Shown here in pieces: positions 24,687 to 31,827 of a DNA stretch of 63,561 bases. Within the stretch, counting starts at the first letter, position 1; the number at the start of each line of letters is the position of its first letter. Source of the stretch: Candidatus Nomurabacteria bacterium (GTDB taxonomy: Bacteria > Patescibacteriota > Minisyncoccia > Phycocordibacterales > UBA9973); the NCBI GenBank assembly GCA_023267275.1, contig JAHFNO010000004.1, positions 1 through 63,561 on the forward strand, given 5' to 3'. Under the pieces are notes generated by a model. The model had not been told where the DNA came from. It did no database searches and worked only from the letters and a program-made list of their open reading frames with translations. Position numbers and translations under genes: made by a program.

Positions 24687-26585
24687 TTATTTTTGACCAC
24701 CGCGACCAGCTTTTGAGCGATCGTTTTCAGTGAGCAATTTCTTGCGCAAGCGAACAAAGTGCGGAGTGACTTCAAGATATTCGTCGTGGTTCATGATTTC
24801 AAGACCGCGCTCGATAGTGAGCTCCCATGCAGGGTTGAGATACATTGCTTCATCAGATCCAGATGCGCGAACGTTTGAAAGTGCCTTTCCTTTGATTGGG
24901 TTTACCATCATGTCTTCGCCCTTTGATGTATTTCCCACAATCATACCTTCGTACACTTCAGTGTTGTGCACGATGTACATTGTTCCACGATCCTGAAGAT
25001 TCCAAATAGAGAATCCTGCAGCTGCGCCGGTAATCATAGATACCATCGCACCCACTTCTTTTTTCTTGATTTCTCCTGCCCATGGACGGAATCCGATCAC
25101 GCGTGATGCGAGAATTCCCTCTCCTTTTGTATCAATAACGAATTGGTTTCGGTAACCGAGCAATCCACGAGTTGGGATTTCGATAAGAATACGCGCGATG
25201 CCTTCTTTTTCGTGCATTGAAGTGAGAAGTCCACGACGCTTGGTGAGTGTTTCAATAACAGCTCCTGAGAATTCCATTGGAACGTCGATTGTTGCCTCTT
25301 CATATGGCTCGCATTTTTCTCCATCGATTTCTTTGGTAATAGCTTTTGGTTGTGACACTTGCATTTCAAATCCTTCACGACGCATTTGTTCGAGAAGCAC
25401 GGCAATGTGCAATTCTCCGCGACCGGCTACAGCAAACCCTTTTTGGGTTTGCTCGCCCGACGCTTTAGCGTTTAGGGAAACCTCATTTGCCTCTGAGTCG
25501 AAGTCGACACGAAGACCGACGTTCACCTGAAGTTCGCGTTCGAGACGTTCACGAATCTGACGTGAAGTTACAAATTTTCCATCGCGTCCAGCAAATGGAG
25601 AATCGTTCACGAGGAATGAAAGTGTGATTGTTGGTTCGTCGATGGTGATTGTAGGAAGTGCGGCAACAGAATCTGCTCCAGCGATTGTCTCTCCGATATA
25701 TACATCAGAAATACCAGCGATGATACCGATGTCTCCAGAAACGAGTTCGGAAACTGGTTCACGCTTTTGTCCGATGAATGAAAACATTTTTGTAATCTTT
25801 GCAGTACGAGTAGTATCGCCGTGTTTTACAAAGATTGTCGAACCATCTTTAATTGTACCGTCGTATACGCGACAGATAGCAAGACGTCCGAGGAATGAAT
25901 CGTACGCGAGGTTGAATGCCTGTGCACATGCAGGTGTATCAACATCACGAGTAGCTGATGGCACGATTTCAAGAATCATATCGAGAAGTGGTGCGAGATC
26001 CCCGCCCGACTGAACGCCGTCAGTCGTTCGGGCAGGTTTTGAATCACCTACCTGTGCAGGCAGGTCAGCGAGATTCCGCACTGCTATACCCTGGCGACCA
26101 ATTGCGTACACAGTTTTAAAATCGATTTGTTCATCGTTTGCACCAAGCTCCAAGAAAAGTTCGAGAACTTGTTCGTGCACGTGTGCAGGATTTGCAGCTG
26201 GCTTGTCGATTTTGTTTACCACCACGATCGGTTTAAGACCGAGTTCGAGAGACTTTTTCAAAACGAAACGTGTCTGTGGCATAGGACCTTCTTGCGCATC
26301 CACAACGAGAAGCACTGTGTCGATCGAACGAAGCACGCGCTCTACCTCAGAACCGAAGTCGGCGTGTCCTGGTGTGTCAACGATATTGATTTTTGTTCCC
26401 TTGTACATGAGAGAACAGTTTTTTGAATAGATAGTGATACCGCGCTCTTTTTCAAGATCGTTGGAATCCATCGATGAAGCAGACTCATCCACCGCACCCG
26501 TAAACTTCAAAAGAGCATCGGTAAGAGTAGTCTTGCCGTGGTCAACGTGGGCTATGATAGCTATATTTCTAATATCGGTTGTCAT
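24687..26585 (-). CDS. typA: translational GTPase TypA/BipA
   Basis: AIIAHVDHGKTTL, DTPGHADF and NKID G-motifs, with a BipA-type C-terminal domain. Confidence 0.95.
   Translation of the reverse strand: MTTDIRNIAIIAHVDHGKTTLTDALLKFTGAVDESASSMDSNDLEKERGITIYSKNCSLMYKGTKINIVDTPGHADFGSEVERVLRSIDTVLLVVDAQEGPMPQTRFVLKKSLELGLKPIVVVNKIDKPAANPAHVHEQVLELFLELGANDEQIDFKTVYAIGRQGIAVRNLADLPAQVGDSKPARTTDGVQSGGDLAPLLDMILEIVPSATRDVDTPACAQAFNLAYDSFLGRLAICRVYDGTIKDGSTIFVKHGDTTRTAKITKMFSFIGQKREPVSELVSGDIGIIAGISDVYIGETIAGADSVAALPTITIDEPTITLSFLVNDSPFAGRDGKFVTSRQIRERLERELQVNVGLRVDFDSEANEVSLNAKASGEQTQKGFAVAGRGELHIAVLLEQMRREGFEMQVSQPKAITKEIDGEKCEPYEEATIDVPMEFSGAVIETLTKRRGLLTSMHEKEGIARILIEIPTRGLLGYRNQFVIDTKGEGILASRVIGFRPWAGEIKKKEVGAMVSMITGAAAGFSIWNLQDRGTMYIVHNTEVYEGMIVGNTSKGEDMMVNPIKGKALSNVRASGSDEAMYLNPAWELTIERGLEIMNHDEYLEVTPHFVRLRKKLLTENDRSKAGRGGQK
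26001..26072 (-). repeat. 72-nt GC-rich double-hairpin segment in frame inside typA
   Basis: Encodes LADLPAQVGDSKPARTTDGVQSGG. Hairpins GCCCGACTGA..TCAG(TCGT)TCGGGC and CCTACCTG..CAGGCAGG. Shares GAATCACCTAC with the element inside rnr. Confidence 0.5.
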
Positions 26586-26805
26586 AATTCTCAATTATTA
26601 CTTTTCTAAAAATGGTAAGCGATGCCTGCCCGGTAGGGAGCGCCGAGCGCATTCGGTGAAGGCGGTCTCCTTCGAGATTTCTGATATCTGTCATAAGTAG
26701 TATAGATTAAAATAAAGCCCTTGCGGGGCTAGTTACGTTCATAACAATAACACTATTTTTTAAAAAAGGCAATAAAAAAGCCCCGCAACTATGCAGGGCC
26801 TAAAA

Positions 26806-27579
26806 TTAAAAAAGGAATCCTACCACAGACCCAGGCACATACTTATCAATCAACTCCTTATTACCTCGAGGAAGTATCGACATTCGAAATTTATCTTCCA
26901 CAACAATAAAAGGAAATGATGGATTATTCTCATCTACTTCATTATATAGTGTACGTCCACAAGGTATAAGATACTGTTGACAATTTTTTATTTTCCTAAT
27001 TTTCGATTTCGGAACATCGTTAAATATATCTATCACTCCATATTTCCAAAAAAGAAACATGAGATAGAGAAGGGTTCCTCGAAGAGTATGTCCCTCACTT
27101 CCCCCTGGTTCCATTTTGACTATTTTCAATTCTTCCTCCCTGCTTTTTGCTCCGTACAACAAAACAGATCGATATCCGTCAAGATTTGTGTATTTATCCT
27201 TCAGCACATCAAAACTACTTTGCACCGGTATAGCCATTCCTGTTGAGACCTTTGCATTCCAGGCATTTAATATCTGCACGATTGTCAATTGTTCTGGACT
27301 AGGCAACAGCATTAAATCAGCACCATGTTCAACATTAAATTCAACCATATTATTTCGGTCAAATTTATAATAATCAAGATTAACCTTATAATCAAAAAGG
27401 TCGTCAAAAAAATTTGACCATTCCTGAGACTTCCAAATCTTTGGATTATTTGGATTCCCTCCAGTTAGTAAAATCTGCAATTGTGCAGAGCAGAGCCCGC
27501 CGTTATCAAGGCGCGTAGCAAGATCTTTAAGCAAGCCGGAACTTCTATGATCCGGAAAGCTACTGAACAGTGTTTTCAT
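26806..27579 (-). CDS. hypothetical protein (orphan)
   Basis: 257-aa ORF. Two hairpin terminators lie downstream (about 26716-26800). No family recognised. Confidence 0.6.
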   Translation of the reverse strand: MKTLFSSFPDHRSSGLLKDLATRLDNGGLCSAQLQILLTGGNPNNPKIWKSQEWSNFFDDLFDYKVNLDYYKFDRNNMVEFNVEHGADLMLLPSPEQLTIVQILNAWNAKVSTGMAIPVQSSFDVLKDKYTNLDGYRSVLLYGAKSREEELKIVKMEPGGSEGHTLRGTLLYLMFLFWKYGVIDIFNDVPKSKIRKIKNCQQYLIPCGRTLYNEVDENNPSFPFIVVEDKFRMSILPRGNKELIDKYVPGSVVGFLF

Positions 27580-27644
27580 TCAGCTAAATTTAAATGTTAA
27601 ACAATAAACCTATCGTTTTCCACACTACATCCAAAAACATACTC

Positions 27645-27682
27645 TGTCAAAAATACAAAAAGCTCCCGTTTGGGAGCTTTTT
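27645..27682. terminator. reused terminator module, copy 1
   Basis: TGTCAAAAATACAAAAAGCTCCCGTTTGGGAGCTTTTT, identical over 38 nt to 28476-28513. Confidence 0.8.
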
Positions 27683-27753
27683 GGGTTATGACTTCAGCCA
27701 TTTACATCATCCGATATAGTATTAAAAAAGAGATAGCAATGCTATCTCTTTTA

Positions 27754-28413
27754 TTATTTTATCGTTTCAAAAAATAAACTCTTTGAACCAAGTAAATATG
27801 GACTATGGTTTGGCATAGCCAGATTTGGTTCAAAATCATACAAAAATAAACAATTATAACCAAAATCATGTTCAAACGGCTCTTCTTCCGTTACATCAAT
27901 ACAGAGCCATCCCAATTGGCCATTTTTTTTCTTAACAAGAAACATATAATCTCCACCGGTAGAAAGTATACATGGACAATTTAATCCACCAGGAAAAAAT
28001 CCACACATAAAAGCAATGTGTACTATGGTAAATTCAACATACAGATTGTATTTGATAATAAAGTCCAAGAATTCTTGTTGACTCATAGCATTTTTGAGTT
28101 GAAGAGTTGTGTCTCCTCCAAGCTGTTCGTAAGACGGCCAGAGAAACTTTTTTTGATTACGATCAACATCTTCGTGAATTTTATACCTTTGACAAACAAC
28201 TGCCGGACTATTAAGAGAACGTCTATCAAACCAATCGTTAAATTTAACCTCATCGATAGTACTGAAACGATTGCCTTTTTTAAAATATTCTTTGAGGTCA
28301 AAATTATTCGTTTCAGGAATCTCCACCATTTCATTCAGTGGAAAACTTTTTGGACGTTCCTTGTGCCCTTCAGCATTGCCGGCATTAGCAAGAGTAACTT
28401 TTTGAGTACACAT
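27754..28413 (-). CDS. hypothetical Cys-rich protein (orphan)
   Basis: 219-aa ORF. No family recognised. Confidence 0.6.
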   Translation of the reverse strand: MCTQKVTLANAGNAEGHKERPKSFPLNEMVEIPETNNFDLKEYFKKGNRFSTIDEVKFNDWFDRRSLNSPAVVCQRYKIHEDVDRNQKKFLWPSYEQLGGDTTLQLKNAMSQQEFLDFIIKYNLYVEFTIVHIAFMCGFFPGGLNCPCILSTGGDYMFLVKKKNGQLGWLCIDVTEEEPFEHDFGYNCLFLYDFEPNLAMPNHSPYLLGSKSLFFETIK

Positions 28414-28475
28414 ATTATTTTATTTTTAAGGCGGGGTTGAAAATTTTTCTTCACATTACTCCCTAATCAAAATCT

Positions 28476-28513
28476 TGTCAAAAATACAAAAAGCTCCCGT
28501 TTGGGAGCTTTTT
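28476..28513. terminator. reused terminator module, copy 2
   Basis: Same 38 nt as copy 1. Extends to a 17-bp perfect stem AAATACAAAAAGCTCCC-GTTT-GGGAGCTTTTTGTATTT. Confidence 0.8.
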
Positions 28514-28560
28514 GTATTTAGAATTTTCTTTAATCTTCCGTAAGCGCAATTCCAATCTTA

Positions 28561-28818
28561 TCAGCGAGTTGCTTTATCCATATCATCATGACGATTCAAC
28601 TGATGAACGATGCCCGTGTATTCAAGTTTAAGATCATTTATTGCTTTAGCCATAGAATCACAAGAAACAATAAGCCCTTGAACTAACTCTCTCAAGTCAC
28701 TGATATCTGATTTGACTTCTGCTACATCCTGTCTAACAAGAGCCACATCGGTTTTCACTCCGACAATTTCTTCTTTGATGACAGTTTGTATTTTTTTGAT
28801 ATCTTCATCTGTAAGCAT
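28561..28818 (-). CDS. small coiled-coil protein
   Basis: I prefer the start MLTDEDIKK. Heptad-like pattern KTDVALVRQDVAEVKSDISDLRELV. Confidence 0.5.
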   Translation of the reverse strand: MLTDEDIKKIQTVIKEEIVGVKTDVALVRQDVAEVKSDISDLRELVQGLIVSCDSMAKAINDLKLEYTGIVHQLNRHDDMDKATR

Positions 28819-28912
28819 GTGTCTAGTATAGCATCTCCCAAAAATTTTCAAAACTGCATTTTGGGTTCAATTCCTCATTCCTAATTCTCAATTCTTAATT
28901 GAATACGTAAAA

Positions 28913-28941
28913 CAAAAGCTCCCGTTCGGGAGCTTTTTGTA
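28913..28941. terminator. reused terminator module, copy 3 (variant)
   Basis: ACAAAAGCTCCC-GTTC-GGGAGCTTTTTGT, downstream of the KH-domain gene. Confidence 0.75.
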
Positions 28942-29063
28942 AAACTTTTCTGGTTGGATGCAATGCTCCGAGCTGGACCGAGAGAATTTGAGAGCCGTAC
29001 TCGTTGTACGGTGAACAAATTCTCGAGGGAAGCTCAAGCAGTGCGCCAAGCCAAAAAGTTTTA

Positions 29064-29375
29064 CTACATGTTTTTAAGGTCTTCCATAGCCTCGTCAAAA
29101 CTAGCCTCAACACCAGCTGCTTTTGTTCCTCCTTCTGGTTCGTTGATTTTAAGATTTACGCGAGAATTGTTTTTCATTCCGATAACACGGAGAAGAGTTC
29201 GAATTGCTTTTGCTGTATTTCCCTGACGTCCGATGATTTTACCCATGTCGGCAGGATTTACGGTAAGCTTCACGAGAACACCCATTTCATCAACTGTTCG
29301 TTCGATTTTTACATCGTTCGGATTGTCGACAAGCGCTTTCACTACATATTCTAGAAATGTTACATCACCATCCAT
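29064..29375 (-). CDS. KH-domain RNA-binding protein (YlqC/UPF0109-like)
   Basis: VKLTVNPADMGKIIGRQGNTAKAIRTLLRV contains the KH GxxG motif. This is the usual partner of rpsP. Confidence 0.8.
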   Translation of the reverse strand: MDGDVTFLEYVVKALVDNPNDVKIERTVDEMGVLVKLTVNPADMGKIIGRQGNTAKAIRTLLRVIGMKNNSRVNLKINEPEGGTKAAGVEASFDEAMEDLKNM

Positions 29376-29467
29376 AAAGATCTATCTGAATTAACTAAAT
29401 ATAATGTGCATTACTTCGACAGTAGTGCTTAGAAAATAGTATACTTGTTAATAAAAAATTTGCAAAA

Positions 29468-30286
29468 TTGCATGTTGACTTCAACTCTAATATGAATTAC
29501 AGTTCAAAAAACACTAGCGTTATGAGAACTAAACTTCTGTATTCGGATAGAGTACCAATACTTGAAAAAATAATTCGTTATGAACGAATTGAAAAAATGA
29601 TGTATAGAACAAATCTATATGTACACAAAGAGCGGATTATGGCGATGATACAAAATATGTATCCTTTCATAAGTAGAATATATCCCAAATTTAATCTCGA
29701 ACTTGCGCTTACTATCGCAGACTATCATGATGATATTGAGATTATTATTGGTGATATATCACTACAGCTAAAGCTACTTATGAACCAATCTGAAAAAGAA
29801 ATTCTGCAGGAAAAGGAAAAGATGGCAATAAAAAAGCTTTTGCCAATTTACCCAGATAAAATTGGTGAAGAAAAAAAATTCAAAACCAAAACTATCCTCG
29901 AAAAGGCTCATGAAAAAAATTGTCTTGAATCGCAATTCTGCTCGTTCGTTGATAAACTTGACGGAATGAATGAGGCGCTGCATGAAATTTTTGCCGGAAA
30001 TATCATTTTTCTAGAACCTGTAATAAATTATCTAACCAAAACGTTAGATAATACTGATCAGAAATTTTTTCTAATCAAAGAACTGTTCAAGTTAGACAAT
30101 CCGCTATTTTCATTCCCTGTTGTTAATCTATGTGACTATTTTGATAGTGGAAGAAAAATAGCTACACCACACACAAAAAAGAGTATTCTGACAAAAACAG
30201 GAATTCCACATTATGATTTTTGGCGAGAAGTGACAATCAGTAGATTTGGAAGCGACTTATTAACAAAACAAATTGAATTTCACTAA
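29468..30286 (+). CDS. hypothetical protein, possible HD-domain phosphohydrolase; start uncertain
   Basis: LALTIADYHDDIEIIIGDI resembles the HD..E...GD signature of YfbR-type HD hydrolases. The ATG at 29522 (MRTKLL) is an alternative start. Confidence 0.4.
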   Translation: MHVDFNSNMNYSSKNTSVMRTKLLYSDRVPILEKIIRYERIEKMMYRTNLYVHKERIMAMIQNMYPFISRIYPKFNLELALTIADYHDDIEIIIGDISLQLKLLMNQSEKEILQEKEKMAIKKLLPIYPDKIGEEKKFKTKTILEKAHEKNCLESQFCSFVDKLDGMNEALHEIFAGNIIFLEPVINYLTKTLDNTDQKFFLIKELFKLDNPLFSFPVVNLCDYFDSGRKIATPHTKKSILTKTGIPHYDFWREVTISRFGSDLLTKQIEFH

Positions 30287-30312
30287 TACCCTGCATTATG
30301 CGGGGTATTTTT
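30286..30312 (+). terminator. rho-independent terminator
   Basis: ATACCCTGC-ATTAT-GCGGGGTAT followed by TTTT. Confidence 0.7.
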
Positions 30313-30314
30313 AT

Positions 30315-30357
30315 ACAATCAAAAAGCGAGCGACTTTGTCGCTCGCTTTTTGATTGT
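30315..30357 (-). terminator. 20-bp perfect hairpin terminator after rpsP
   Basis: ACAATCAAAAAGCGAGCGAC-TTT-GTCGCTCGCTTTTTGATTGT. Confidence 0.8.
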
Positions 30358-30363
30358 ACTACT

Positions 30364-30669
30364 TTAGGCTGCTTTAAGTTCCTTGCGCTTTTTTGTAGGA
30401 GATTTTCGTGAGAGAACATTCTTTTTCTTTCCTTCTACGATTCCTTTTGTAACGAGGAAGTTGTGTACTGTATCAGAAGGCTGTGCTCCAACACTGATCC
30501 AGTGCTTTACGCGGTCTTCCATGAGAGTAACTTCACCAGACTTAGGATTGTAAGAACCAAGAATTTCCTGGAATTTACCACTTTTTGCGGCATTTTTGTG
30601 GTCAGTCAAAACGACACGGAAATGTGCCTCGTTTTTGCGACCAATGCGTTGTAATCGGATCATTAACAT
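30364..30669 (-). CDS. rpsP: 30S ribosomal protein S16
   Basis: MLMIRLQRIGRKNEAHFRVVLTD..GSYNP..HWISVGAQPSDTV. Confidence 0.95.
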   Translation of the reverse strand: MLMIRLQRIGRKNEAHFRVVLTDHKNAAKSGKFQEILGSYNPKSGEVTLMEDRVKHWISVGAQPSDTVHNFLVTKGIVEGKKKNVLSRKSPTKKRKELKAA

Positions 30670-30711
30670 ATGTACCGCCTATACTACCAAAAAATGAAAA
30701 AAAGGCAAGTC

Positions 30712-31116
30712 TTACTTGCCTTTTCCTTTAAAAATACGTTTTGAAACAAAATAGCTAATACAACTCAACACAATAGTGAGAACAAATTGAACGCCCATGT
30801 ACCAAAAATCATACACAGTTACGAACAAATACAAACAGACTGAATTTAGCAATAACAAAAAAATTCTTAGTGCAAAGTAGCTAAATAGATGTTTTTTAAT
30901 ATCAGCTTCTTTTTTATTTTGGAACGTCCAAAATCTTTGAAAAATAAAGTTTGATATCACATTCACTAAAAAACCAACGAGGGATGAGAACAGATACCAG
31001 ACATGCAGTTTTTCTGTAAGGAAATAAAGGATTACATAATTCAATCCGACTCCAACTCCACCAGAAATACAAAAGCGAATTATCTCATTGAGACGAGTTA
31101 TTTTTTTATCTTCCAT
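30712..31116 (-). CDS. GtrA-family membrane protein
   Basis: Four TM segments with the NFIFQRFWTFQ motif. Confidence 0.8.
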   Translation of the reverse strand: MEDKKITRLNEIIRFCISGGVGVGLNYVILYFLTEKLHVWYLFSSLVGFLVNVISNFIFQRFWTFQNKKEADIKKHLFSYFALRIFLLLLNSVCLYLFVTVYDFWYMGVQFVLTIVLSCISYFVSKRIFKGKGK

Positions 31117-31229
31117 GGAATGTAATTTAAATGTAATTTAAATTTACTTTATAACAATAGTGTAAAAAAGCAAGAAAAAACCCACTGTAAATTACAGTGG
31201 GGATAAAATTACTTATTTTTTTGTAACGT

Positions 31230-31745
31230 TTATGCCATAGTCTGCTTCATTGATATGATTCCCGGTATAAACAGTGTATTATGGATGAATCTACAAACTC
31301 TTCGATTGCTATCTTTCAAAGCAATATCATATAAATCGAAAATTTGTTGCTTACTCTGCTCATTTTTTTTTGCATAATTAACAATATAAGCTTCCAATTC
31401 CTTGGCAATCTCATCGCGCAAAAACTGAGAAGGTATTCTTCCTACATCTGAATACAAAATAAGATCATCATCAAAATCAGAGCTTTGTTTTTTTACAAGT
31501 CGTTCCTCTAAAATGTGACATGCGCAACTTTTGATACCCCAAGAGACATCTTCTACAATTCCATTATTCAGCCGACAAATATCGAGGGCTCCGCGCAAAG
31601 AATCCTGATACAAATTTACCCAAACATTGGATCGATCGTTATTGTTTTTAATTTGGCGTTTTAATTTTATACAACGACTAATAAGATATGCGTTGATAAT
31701 AACAATGACGAGAATGAGTGCGAGAGGTATTAATTCATTTTTCAT
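31230..31745 (-). CDS. membrane-anchored hypothetical protein
   Basis: N-terminal TM IPLALILVIVIINAYLI. A terminator hairpin lies at about 31175-31205. Confidence 0.55.
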   Translation of the reverse strand: MKNELIPLALILVIVIINAYLISRCIKLKRQIKNNNDRSNVWVNLYQDSLRGALDICRLNNGIVEDVSWGIKSCACHILEERLVKKQSSDFDDDLILYSDVGRIPSQFLRDEIAKELEAYIVNYAKKNEQSKQQIFDLYDIALKDSNRRVCRFIHNTLFIPGIISMKQTMA

Positions 31746-31827
31746 ATTCCTAATTTTTAAGTGAATTTTGTTTTTACTCTATAACATCCGTGTAAAAAGT
31801 CAACTAATCTGCTATAATCGAGGATAG

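Noticed and set aside
24626-24775. A 50-codon N-terminal extension of the HlyD-like ORF that overlaps the 3' end of typA. A similar extension exists at 53478-53603 overlapping gyrB, and another at 16623-16652 running into the IS30 inverted repeat.
   Set aside because: Internal ATGs give normal N-termini (a membrane anchor, or MERLDF..) without overlapping conserved genes.
26586-26700. CCCGGTAGGGAGCGCC in the typA leader looked superficially like the SRP RNA motif CCGGAAGGAAGCAGCC.
   Set aside because: The loop GGUA is not a GNAR/GNRA tetraloop. The flanks also do not form the long 5'/3' helix expected of 4.5S RNA.
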